Positions 36,631-48,315 of a stretch of 64,000 nucleotides of DNA are shown in pieces. The translations under genes and the position numbers were made by a program. The notes under the pieces are model-generated. The model was not told where the DNA came from. It ran no database searches and worked only from the letters and a program-made list of their open reading frames with translations. This DNA comes from Octopus sinensis (lineage: Eukaryota), in the NCBI RefSeq assembly GCF_006345805.1, contig NC_042998.1:204724001-204788000 (forward strand), read 5' to 3'. Each line of letters opens with the position of its first letter. Within the stretch, counting starts at the first letter, position 1.

Positions 36631-37322
36631 CTAAAGAAGACATTTCCCAACATTAACAAGAAAAGCCTCCAACCCAAAACAAACCAAAGAGAAAAATCAC
36701 AAAACAACCAGAAATTGATTTTATTGATTCTTATTTATCTTTTCTTTTTCTTTTTACTTGTCATTAGACTGTGGCCATGCTGAGGCACGAACGAACCAAC
36801 CTCATTACTTATTTTTTGTAAAGCCTGGTAAGTTCTATTGGTCTCTTTTGCTGAATCACTAAGTCACACAGGCATGTAGACATAGCAACAGATAATTTAT
36901 ATTAAAACTAAATACACTAAAGTTGTAATTACTATTTACATAAAATGATTTATCTCAAATTTAGTTTTATAAATTATTATAAGAATCTCAACGATATATT
37001 TAGGAAAATATATATATATATATATCATCATCATCGTTTAGCGTCCGCTTTCCATGCTAGCATGGGTTGGACGGTTCAACTGGGGCCTGGGAAGCCAGAA
37101 GGCTGCACCAGGCCCAGTCTGATCTGGCAATGTTTCTACGGCTGGATGCCCTTCCTAACGCCAACCACTCCATGAGTGTAGTGGGTGCTTTTTACGTGCC
37201 ACCAGCACAGGTGCCAGACAAGGCTGGCAAATGGCCACGATCGGATGGTGCTTTTTACGTGCCACCGGCACGGAGGCCAGGCGACACTGGCAACGGCCAC
37301 GATATATATATATATATATATA

Positions 37323-40300
37323 AGCCTTTGACGACTTGAAGCCTTTGACGAAGTAGAAGGGGATAGTGTATCACATGGGGTAGAGGACAACTGGACGTTT
37401 CTAAGGGACAACCTGCTGAGAGCCACTGACCAGATCTGTGGCTGGTGCAAAGTCCCCTCTCGTCCCAAGGTAACGTGGTGGTGGAACAGTGTCGTAGACA
37501 GGGCTATTAGAGAAAAGAGACAGACTTGGAAGCACTGGAAGAATGGTGGTAGCAGGGAATTGTATCAGACTGCTAAAAGGGAAGCTAGGAGACAGGTCTA
37601 TCTAGCCAGAGGGGAAGCAGATAAGAAAAAATTTGCCAATGTTCTGCGCCGTGAGGACCAAAGACTGGAGGTGTTTCGCGTTGCAAGACAGTGTGTGAGA
37701 GAGAATTGTGATGTGGTGGGAGAGAAGTGTGTTCGCATGGAAGATGGTTCACTTGCGCTAAACGAGGATGCAAAGAGAGAGGCTTGGAGATGCCACTATG
37801 AAAGGTTGCTGAATAAAGAAAATGAATGGGATAAAGAGAGTCTGCCGAACGTTGACCCAACAGAGGGACCAGCTATCAGGGTTGATAGTTCCTTAGTAGC
37901 TAAGGCAATTAGAAGCATGAAGACAGGGAAAGCCCCAGGCCCATCAGGTATCACTGCAGAGATGCTCAAAATATCTGGTAGTGTCGGCTATAGCCTAGTC
38001 ACCTGTATAGTTAATCAGGTGATACATGAAGGAGTCATACCCAATGACTGGTGTAGCAGCATAATAGTCAACTGCTACAAAGGTAAAGGTGATGCCCTAG
38101 ATACAAATAATTACAGAGGTATCAAGCTGTTGGATCAGGTGATGAAGGTTACAGAGAGGGTCATAAGCCAACTAATTAGAGAGAGAGTTAGTTTAGATGA
38201 GATGCAGTTTGGTTTCGTGCCAGGGAAAAGTACCACTGATGCTATATCCTGGTAAGGCAGCTGCAGGAGAAATACCTAGCCAAAGATAAGGCCATGTACC
38301 TGGCTTTTGTTGACATGGAGAAAGCCTTCGACAGGGTCCCCCGATCCCTCATATGGTGGTCAATGAGGAAACTAGGAATAGAAGAATGGTTAGTGAGAGC
38401 TGTGCAAGCCATGTACAGGGACGCTGCTAGTAAGGTGAGGGTTGGAAATGAGTACAGTGAAGAATTCCGGGTAGAGGTAGGGGTCCACCAAGGCTCAGTC
38501 CTCAGCCCCCTCCTATTTATCATAGTCCTCCAGGCAATAACGGAGGAATTCAAGACAGGATGCCCCTGGGAGCTCCTCTATGCTGATGACCTTGCTCTAA
38601 TTGCTGAGTCATTATCAGAACTGGAGAAGAAGTTTCAGGTGTGGAAGCATGGTTTAGAATCGAAGGGCCTTAGAGTCAACCTAGCTAAAACCAAAGTCGT
38701 AATAAGTAGGAAGGTAGACAAATCACAAACGCCTTCAGGTAGATGGCCCTGCTCGATCTGTAGAAAAGGTGTAGGTAGAAACTCTATAAGATGCACCAAG
38801 TGTAAGCTATGGACACATAAGAGGTGCAGCAATGTCATAGGAAGGCTAACTAGGAAGATGGTTTTTGTATGTGGCAGATGCTCGGGAGCATTAACCTCTG
38901 AAAATCTGCAGAAAACAATTTCCGTCACTTTCCAGGGGAAAAAACTAGAAGTGTTTGATAGCTTCCGTTATCTTGGTGACCAAGTCAGTAGTGGGGGTGG
39001 GTGTGCTGAAAGTGTAACGGCTAGAGTAAGAATAGCCTGGGCAAAGTTTAGGGAGCTCTTACCTCTGTTGGTGACTAAAGGCCTCTCGCTCAGAGTAAAA
39101 GGCAGACTGTATGATGCATGTGTACGAACAGCCATGCTACATGGCAGTGAAACATGGGCCGTGACTGCTGAGGACATGCGTAAGCTCGCGAGAAATGAAG
39201 CTAGTATGCTCCGTTGGATGTGTAATGTCAGTGTTCATAGTCGACAGAGTGTAAGTACCTTGAGAGAAAAGTTGGACCTAAGAGGAATCAGATGTTGTGT
39301 GCAAGAGAGACGATTGCGCTGGTATGGTCATGTGGTGAGAATGGATGAAGATAGGTGTGTGAAAAAGTGCCACACCCTGGCAGTTGAGGGGACCTGTGGA
39401 AGAGGTAGACCCAGGAAAACCTGGGTCGAGGTGGTGAAGCACGACCTTCGAACTCTAGGTCTCACCAAGGAAATGACCAGAGACCGAGACCTCTGGAAGT
39501 ATGCTGTGCGTGAGAAGACCCGGCAAGACCAGTGAGAACAATCAAAATCAAATCATATATCAGAAAGCAGGGGTTAAGTGACCCATCTGTTCGTGTTCGC
39601 TGTCAGCCTCGTCTGGCACCCGTGCCGGTGATACGTAAAAGCACCATTCGCTCATGGCCGTTTGCCAGCTCTGCCTGGCCCCGTGTCGGTGGAACGTAAA
39701 AGCACCATCTGTTCGTGTTCGTTGCCAGCCTCGCCTGGCCCCGTGCTGGTGACACGTAAAAGCACCGTCCGTTCGTGGCCGTTGGCCAGCTCTGTCTGGC
39801 CCCGTGTCGGTGGCACGTAAAAGCACCATCCGTTCGTGGCCATTTGCCAGCTCTGTCTGGCCCCGTGTCGGTGGCACGTAAAAGCACCATCCGTCCGTGT
39901 CCGTTGCCAGCCTCGGCTGGCCCCCGTGCCGGTGACACGTAAAAGCACCATCCGCTCGTGGCCGTTTGCCAGCTCTGTCTGGCAACCGTGTCGGTGGCAC
40001 GTAAAAGCACCATCCGTTCGCATCCGTTGCCAGCCTCGGCTGGCCCCCGTGCCGGTAACACGTAAAAGCACCATCCGTTCGTGGCCGGTTGCCAGCTCTG
40101 TATGGCCCCGTGTCGGTGGCACGTAAAAGCACCATCCGTTCGTGTCCGTTGCCAGCATCGCCTGGCCCCGAGCCGGTGACACGTAAAAGCACCATCCGTT
40201 CGTGGCCGTTCACCAGCTCTGTCTGGCACCCACTACACTCGCGGAGTGGTTGGCGTTATGAAGGGCATCCAGCCGTAGAAACACTGCCAGATCTGACTGG

Positions 40301-40401
40301 GCCTGACGAAGCCTTCCAGCTTCACAGACCCCAGTTGACCCGTCCAACCCATGCTAGCATGGAAAACGGACGTTAAACGATGATGATGATGATGATGATG
40401 A
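37323..40401 (+). mobile_element. 5'-truncated RTE-clade LINE with near-intact reverse transcriptase, VNTR 3' UTR and (GAT)n tail
   Basis: ORFs 37560-38255 and 38294-39535 (YRGIKLL, QFGF, DMEKAFDRV, GVHQGSVLSP, LYADD) joined by a 1-nt frameshift near 38247; tail GGACGTTAAACGATGATG; (TA)n on both sides. Confidence 0.92.
39603..40225 (+). repeat. about 60-bp VNTR (about 10 units) in the 3' UTR of the young RTE LINE
   Basis: recurring CCCCGTG(T/C)CGGTG(G/A)CACGTAAAAGCACC. Confidence 0.9.
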
Positions 40402-40444
40402 TATATATATATATATATATGTATAAATATATATATGTGTATAT

Positions 40445-42188
40445 ATGTATATGAATGGTTAGTGAGAGATGTGCAAGCCATGTACAGGGACACTGTCAGT
40501 AAGGTGAGGGTTGGCAACAAGTACAGTGAAGAATTCCGGGTAGAGGTAGGGGTCCACCAAGGCTCAGTCCTCAGACCCCTCCTATTTATCATAGTCCAAC
40601 AGGTAATAACAGAGGAATTCAAGACAGGATGCCCCTGGGAGCTCCTCTATGCTGACGACCTTGCTCTAATTGCTGAGTCACTATCAGAACTAGAGGAGAA
40701 GTTTGAGGTGTGGAAGCAAGGATTAGAATCGAAGGCCCTTAGAGTCAATAGCTAAAACCAAAGTCCTAATAAGTAGGAAGGCAGACAAACCTCAAATCCC
40801 TTCAGGTAGATGGCCCTGCTCGATCTGTAGAAAAGGTGTAGGTAGAAACTCTATAAGATGCACCAAGTGTAAGCTATGGACACATAAGAGGTGCAGCAAT
40901 ATGAAAGGAATGCTAACTGGGAAGATAGTTTTTGTATGTGGCAGATGCTCAGGAACAATAAACACTGAAAATGCTCTGAGACCAACTTCTGTCACATTCC
41001 AGGGAGAAAAACTAGAAGTAGTTGATAGGTTCCGTTACCTAGGTGACCAAGTCAATAGTGGGGGACGGGTGCGCTGAAAGTGTAACTGCTAGAATAAGAA
41101 TAGCCTGGGCAAAGTTCAGACAGCTCTTACCTCTGCTGGTGACTAAAGGCCTCTCGCTCAGAATAAAAGGCAGACTGTATGACGCATGTGTACGAACAGC
41201 CATGCTACATGGCAGTGAAACATGGGCCGTGACTGCTGAGGACATGCATAAGCTCGCAAGAAATGAAGCCAGTATGCTCCGATGGAGTGTAATGTCAGTG
41301 TGCATACACAACAGAGTGTAAGTACCTAGGGAGAAAAGTTGAACCTAAGAAGCATCAGATGTGGTGTGCAAGAGCAACGACTGTGCTGGTATGGTCATGT
41401 GGCGAGAATGGATGAAGATAGTTGTGTGAAAAAGTGCCACACCCTAGAGGTTGAGGGAACCTGTGGAAGAGGTAGACCTGGGATGAGGTGGTGAAGCATG
41501 ACCTTCGAACTTTAATCCTCACCAAGGAAATGACCAGTGACTGGGACCTTTGGAAATATGCTGTACTTGAGAGGACCCGGCAAGCCAAGTGAGACCATAA
41601 TTTCGTGGCCTATGCCAGGGGTGTAACCAGCCCACTTATGCGTACCTTTTCTTCATTGGACACTAAATCTGCTTGCAAAGACCTGTTGAGGCAAGTGAAA
41701 TTGAAATCAAATACGATGACTGGCATCCGTGCTAGTGGAGCGCTAAGAGCATCGTCCAAGTATGATCGTTGCCAGAGCAGCAAACCAGCTTCTGTGCTGG
41801 TGGCACGTAAAAAGCACCATTCAAATGTGATCATTACCAGCGTCACCACACTGACACTTGTGCCGGTGGCATGTGAAAAAACATTTGAGTGAGGTCATTG
41901 CCACTGCCGCTGGACTGGTCTCCTGTGCAGGTGGCATGTAAAAAACACTATTTGAGCATGGCCAACACCAGTACCACCCACCTGACTGGCCCTCATGCCG
42001 GTGGTACATAAAAGCACCCACTGCACTCTTGAAGTGGTTGGTGTTGGGAAGGGCATCCAGCTGTAGAAACTCTGCCAAATCAGATTTGGGCCTGGTGCAG
42101 CCATCTGGTTCGCCAGTCCTCAGTCAAATCGTCCAACCCATGCCAGCATGGAAAGCGGACGTTAAACGATGATGATGATGATGATGAA
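40445..42188 (+). mobile_element. second, more degenerate RTE LINE fragment directly downstream
   Basis: same RT motifs (VHQGSVL, LYADD) with stops and frameshifts, same 3' end and (GAT)n tail. Confidence 0.88.
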
Positions 42189-42653
42189 GAAAGATAGACA
42201 GATGGGATAATTATTGAAGAAGTCGCAGAGAATATTCTCTTTTGGAATCCACATGAGAGCAGGAGTGACATTTAAGCAGACAATCCATCTAATGTGGTAC
42301 CAGACTACAATGGAGTGGCTTCACTCTCAGAACTATCAGGAAGAACACCAGAACTGATTTTAGGCTAAATTCTCTCAGCTGAATTTGATGTAATTTAGTA
42401 ATTCTGATTCCGTTCTCAGATTGGGTTCCATCTTGTGCTCTTTACTCTATCTGGCTTTGAGCCATGATTGTGTGGAATTCTTCACAGGAATATAATATGT
42501 CTGCTGCTGCTGGGGATGGGGAAAGTGTTGTCATAGTAACCAGTTGTTAGAGAATCTGTCAATTCTACCATTTTATCAACTTCAACACACAGAAATTGGT
42601 TGCCACTCAGACACACACACACACACACACACGTGTATACATATGTATGTGTG

Positions 42654-42708
<55 letters not shown>

Positions 42709-42800
42709 GCATCATCATCATCATTGTTAACAAGTATGTTGCAACAAGTAGAAAAGTCTAAGGGGAGGTAATTGATTATCGCTATTATTGTGAAGGGGGG

Positions 42801-42845
<45 letters not shown>

Positions 42846-42934
42846 TCATCATCATCATTGTTAACAAGGATGTTGCAACAAGTAGAAAAGTCTAAGGGGA
42901 GGTAATTGATTATCGCTATTATTGTGAAGGGGGG

Positions 42935-42980
<46 letters not shown>
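42709..42980. repeat. 134-bp tandem duplication bounded by (TA)n
   Basis: GCATCATC...GAAGGGGGGTG(TA)n at 42709 and 42843. Confidence 0.85.
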
Positions 42981-42985
<5 letters not shown>

Positions 42986-43314
42986 AAATAAGAAAATGGA
43001 GAAATACATCGAAATCAAATATCAATTACCAGATAATACTCAATCACATACTTTATTAAACCACCACATAAGAAACTATAAGGTCAAACATAATAAGGCA
43101 GGTTAAATCAGTGTACATAAAATAGTAATGTTATACAATAAGTAGAATACATATAATAGAACATAAATATAAGTACACATAGATATAAATATAGACTATA
43201 TCTTACAGCTGTTTCGGCCACACACAAAAAAATTCAAAAAGTAGAGTAAAGCTTCACATAAATTCATCAGATGCAAAAAGCAACACAAATCACTAAAGAG
43301 ATCTTCTAACAAAT

Positions 43315-43745
43315 GTGAAGCTTTGCATAACAACCACAAAACCAACATTTAAAAAATGTGGACACCCAAACTGTGGAATATGCCCCAACCTACTTAAAGG
43401 CTCAGATTTCCTTTTCAAACAAGTAGAGAGGTTCATGATTAAAACCAACTTCACCTGTGCCTCTGAGAATCTAATTTATGTAATAACCAGCTTGGGTTGT
43501 GGACATCACTATATAGGACAGACGAGTATGACATTGAGACAGAGAACCACTCTACAAAAAGAGCAGATCCAGTTCCCACAGTACAGACAAATTCCTTTAA
43601 GTGAACATATAGAGAAATGTGCAAGTAACATCAAACCAAATTTCGCAGTTTTTCCCTTTTATTGGTGCAAAGATACAATTTCTTAACAAGAACGTTTAAA
43701 TAAAGAAAATTTATTCATCGAAATATACAGAACATGTCTAAATAT
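43315..43745 (+). mobile_element. Penelope-like element GIY-YIG endonuclease remnant
   Basis: KKCGHPNCGICP...FTCASENLIYVI...GCGHHYIGQTSMTLRQR; in-frame stop at 43684-43686. Confidence 0.8.
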
Positions 43746-44183
43746 GCACACATAACCAACTTTGATCTCCGTACATATTTTAATTCACGATTATATAGCC
43801 ATCACTGTACATATTTCTCCCCACTAATCTAGTTTTTGAATTTTTGTATATATATATTCCTCCCCACTAACGAAAGATGAACAATTATCTCCCTTGTCCA
43901 CAATAATGATGATAATCAATTACACCCCCTTAGATTTTTCTACTTATTGAATCATTCATTCATAAACTCCACACACAACAAAAATAATTTCTCTTAAGGA
44001 AATACGTTTTTAAATGATAACAACCACGAAACCAACAAAAGCAAAACTTGTTGACAAACACAATACAAGAATACAAGATATATCAAAAGTTATATTAAAA
44101 CTATGTAAATGTGTGCATTTTCCTTCTTTAATTTCTTATATACAACTCACCACCTGGGGATAATCAAAATTCCTCCCTTTCTC

Positions 44184-44225
<42 letters not shown>

Positions 44226-44660
44226 TATTTTACTAGTTTCATCTTGTCTCTTTGTTATCTCTCCGTGTTGATATATGGACAATTAAGGTGGTTTTAGAGT
44301 CAGATCATGGCTGCTATCTTCAGCATGGTGGTATCTCGTAGATACCCTAATTTATAATTTTAATAATTATTACCTTTGAGGGTTATTTTTTCCATGCTGA
44401 CCACTTGATAAAATCGTTATTTTATTTTAAATTAATGAACTTATCCTTATTTATATATATATATATATATATAAAAGGGAACCGGAGACTGGATTGTGTT
44501 TGAGTCCCCGAGAAACCACAGAGAATAAAGGAAGAGGGAGAGAGAGAGAGAGAGAGATGTAGGAACGAACCAAACCTCCTGCTGATAATTAGGAAAAGAG
44601 GAACAAAAGCCCAGTCGAAGCCGGAAGTTGTTTGTGTCAAAGAATCCAGCACAACCAGCA

Positions 44661-45131
44661 ATGTCTTCTGTCGCAGAACCCTCCAGCTCCGCTGCCAGTG
44701 ACTCTCCGAGTAAAGAAAGAGTTGAGGTGATGGCAAAAGCTGTGAACTTGATGGGCCAAAGTAAAAGAAATCTAATCTGTGGAGATGTTCCAATGGCTGT
44801 TACTCAATTTGAAGAATCTTGTCAAATTCTGGCCAAGTGCTATGGGGAGATGGCATTTGAATGTGCAGCTGCCTACTTCTCTTGTGGTCATGCCTTGCTA
44901 GAATTGGCCAGGCTGGATTTGAAAGTCATTGAAAGTCTTGAAGCTGAAGCAGCTGCTGCTGAAGAGGAGGAATTTTCCAGACACCCATTTTTATTAAAAT
45001 TTACCTTCAATTTAGCATTCTGCCTTTCTATCATTTTTCCTCGCCTATCATTTCTCCACGTGCGGTCAACACCCCCCCCACCATTTATTGATTTATATAT
45101 ATATCGTGCTAGCATGGAAAACGGACGTTAA
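44661..45131 (+). pseudogene. NASP: intronless NASP-like N-terminal fragment nested antisense in CCDC96 intron 3 (ORF open, status unknown)
   Basis: AVNLMGQSKRNLICGDVPMAVTQFEESCQILAKCYGEMAFECAAAYFSCGHALLELAR aligns with the NASP TPR1 region ([20 protein letters not shown]...[24 protein letters not shown]); similarity ends by about 44972; ETS-type CCGGAAGT at 44621-44628. Confidence 0.75.
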
Positions 45132-45182
45132 ACGATGATGATGATGATGGTATATAAATTTATACATATATAATTATAAAGA

Positions 45183-45292
45183 TATAATTATAGTTAAGGG
45201 CAACTGGAAATGACCAGTGCTAATGCTAGAAATAGGTGTCAAATACCTACATTGATGCTGGCCATTTCCAGTAGCCCTTAACTATAATTATA
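45183..45292. mobile_element. small hairpin MITE (about 43-bp imperfect arms)
   Basis: TATAATTATAGTTAAGGGC...GCCCTTAACTATAATTATA. Confidence 0.65.
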
Positions 45293-45901
45293 TACATAAA
45301 AAAAATTAATGTTACCTCTACAGTCATTTTTAAGTGCTAGGACACTGATGTAGTCATTTTATGATTATATTCTTCATCATCATCGTTTAACGCCCGTTTT
45401 CCGCGCTAGCACGGGTTGGACGGTTCGACCGGGCTCTGGGAAGCCAGGGGCTGCACCAGGCTCCAGTCTGTAGAAACTCTGACAGAGTTTCTACAGCTGG
45501 ATGTCCTTCCTAATGCCAACCACTCCGCGAGTGTAGTGGGTGCTTTTTACGTGCCACCTGCACAGGTGCCAGGAGGGTCCGGCATCGGCCACGGTCGGTT
45601 GGAGCTTTCAACGTGCCACCGGCACGGAAGCCAGCCAAGGCGGCGCTGGCAATGGCCACGTTCGGGTGGTGCTTTTTATCCTTATCTTATATATATATAT
45701 ATATATATATCATCATCATTATCTAACGTCTGTTTTCCAACCTGGCATGGGTTGGACAGTTTGACAGGAACAGGCAAGGAAGAAGACTGTCTATTTTGGC
45801 AGGGTTTTTACAGCTGGATGCCCTTCCTAACACTGGCCACCCCAAAGAGCGGAATGCTTTTTGATGACTCTAAGCCATTACCTCCTCCTCCCCCTCCTTA
45901 C

Positions 45902-46318
45902 CTTTAACTTGTTTTTCATCAGTTTGGACTTCAGTCATTTCTGTGCCTTTTGCCTCCTCCTCCTCCTTCTCTACATGGCTGGTCGTTTTTGGCTCGTCTG
46001 GTTGTTCTCCTGCCTCCTCTGCCTCACCTGCTTCAACTTTGGCCTCCGACTTTTTTCTTTCTCCATCTTGACTTACCAATTGGTCATCAGTTTTCTCATC
46101 AACATGACCACCACCACCACCACCACCAACATCCTCCGTCACACCACCACCACCACCACCACCGCCACCATCATCTTCAGCACCTTCAGCAGGGGTACCA
46201 TGAACAGCAGCACCATCCACTGTGCCGCTCACATCCTCATCTTTAATTTCTTTGACATTTGCAGCATCAGAAGCCATTTCTTCAGCTTCTGTGTGGTCAG
46301 GCTTCGACTCTGCAGCAA
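45902..46318 (-). CDS. CCDC96: CCDC96 exon 3, acidic low-complexity segment with poly-Gly
   Basis: ttcattttag acceptor, gtaagg donor, 417 nt, phase 1 to 1, Glu-rich (VAAESKPDHTEAEE...DEKQVK). Confidence 0.8.
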
Positions 46319-46357
46319 CTAAAATGAAAGAAAAGAAGAAAAAAAAAATCATAATCA

Positions 46358-46441
46358 TCACCACCACCACCACCACCACCACCACCACCACCACCACCAC
46401 TACTGCCACCACCACCACCACCACCACCAACCACCACCACC

Positions 46442-46472
<31 letters not shown>

Positions 46473-46498
46473 CCACCACCACCACCACCACCTTCACC
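46358..46498. repeat. (ACC)n microsatellite upstream of CCDC96 exon 3 acceptor
   Basis: direct reading. Confidence 0.9.
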
Positions 46499-48194
46499 AT
46501 GTAAACTTACACTGTCCATATTACAGATCATACTAAGATCTATTATTCTTCTTACTTCATCTTTTGTCCATTTTCTAAGATTATTTCTCATAAAACAAAA
46601 AACGGTCTGCTTTCCATGACCATCCCTCCTCAATCACAACATTGCATTCTCTACACAACTCTCATCCAAGTCTGGAGAGAAACATTTGGAAATGAGCAGA
46701 CCTTGTAGTTCCCACCCAGTTTAATGCCTCTCCACCACCACCCTGTTTCCTTGGATACCTTCATTGGTGTCTGTTGAGGTGCAAGCATTGAAACCAAGTC
46801 TTTGGTCAGAAGACCACCGTCTCAGAAACCCAGACAGAGATCACAGATGCCACCACAACCCATAGAACTATCTCAGACTCCCTGTATCAGCTGTTCTGTC
46901 ACTTGGTCCGTTCTACGGCCAGAAATAGCAAAACTTTCTATACATTTGCGTGAAATTTGACTGGTGAACACTGCTGCTGCCACCTGCAGTTGTTTTTAGT
47001 GTAACAGGCAGAGATAAATAGGGTTTGCTGAGAAATAAAAGTGGGGGAAGAAATTTCTCTTAAGGGAAAGAATTACTGAGAGAAATTTTTAAAACTTTTT
47101 TAGACACTTATTTTTATATGCTTATCTTTATATACTTATTTTATTATTTTATTTGATGGTTAGTCCTTGCCAATTATACCTAAGACCCCTAATGTCCTTT
47201 GTTTTTTTACAAATACACAAATCTATTGCAGATCAATCATATTATGAAACCAGGCCAAAAGTCAACAAAGCATGTCAACAAACCAAGGAAAATATTTTAA
47301 TTCGAGCGAGGTCGTTGCCAGTACTGCCTGACTGGCCCCTGTGCCGGTGGCATGTAAAAGCACCCACTACACTCTCGGAGTGGTTGGCGTTAGGAAGGGC
47401 ATCCAGCTGTAGAAACTCTGCCAGATCAAGACTGGAGCCTGGTGCAGCCTTCTGGTTCGCCAGCCCTCAGTCAAACCGTCCAACCCATGCTAGCATGGAA
47501 AGCGGACGTTAAACGATGATGATTGTCAAGGAATTCTCAAGGATAAGATGTAATGGAAAATTGGTGATTGGTTGATGAAGTGGGTGGAAGATGTGTTTCT
47601 TCTTGTATTTCCTGTTGAACAGGATTGCAGAAGCACAATGAAAACCTGAACTGCACAAGTCCAGAGTCAACTCTTTGTCTCCAGCCCCAGCAGACCACCA
47701 ATGCCTGACCTGTGGCAGAGCCATCTGAGTATGCATTGGACTGACTGACCACAGCTGGACACACCATGCCCCACCTTTTCTCAGGTGATATTATTGGACA
47801 AACTAATAATAATAATAATAATTTATCATTTTCTTTCATGCATTTCCCCCAAAGACACCATTCTGCAGAACTTCAAGGTAACAACCAATTTTATTGATTC
47901 TACCAGTCTGATGAAACGGTTGTGGTACGGTCCTTTTGTAGCATTGATCTTTTCCAGCTGGGATATATTTGTGAGAGCCCTACCCACCTGGACCTCTGGC
48001 TAAAACCTAACAACATCTGCCCCCCTCCCCCCAACCCAAACAAAAGAAGCTCATGCCAGTTGTCCTTCTGCTCCCATGACCCCCCTCATTCCACTCCTTC
48101 CAGTAAATCCATCTCAGCCCCACAATGGTCAAATAAGTAACATTGTCTTTCATATCTGGATTAAAATATTAAGGAACATGAAAATGGGTCCCAC

Positions 48195-48315
48195 CTGGGG
48201 CAGAAGGTTCTGCATGACCTTCTTCTCCAACTTCCTTCTGTTTAGATTCTGTGTGTTCTTCATTTTGGTCATGAGAAGGATCAGTCTCAGACATTCCTTC
48301 ACTAACATCTTTTGC
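48195..48315 (-). CDS. CCDC96: CCDC96 exon 2 (AKDVSEGMSETDPSHDQNEEHTESKQKEVGEEGHAEPSAP)
   Basis: poly-T/ag acceptor, gtggga donor, 121 nt, phase 0 to 1, acidic open frame. Confidence 0.75.

Noticed and set aside
36641-36643. ATG of ORF MSSLAEGEE... as CCDC96 start codon
   Set aside because: It lies in the polypyrimidine tract of a phase-1 acceptor at 36630; upstream exons join in frame
45105-45131. MENG at the end of the NASP-like ORF matching NASP MENGVLG
   Set aside because: Comes from the RTE tail (GCTAGCATGGAAAACGGACGTTAA), which gives ASME(N/S)GR throughout the window; coincidence
47600-47760. GC-richer segment with a plus-strand acceptor as a possible continuation of NASP
   Set aside because: All frames stop early and none resembles NASP TPR2-4
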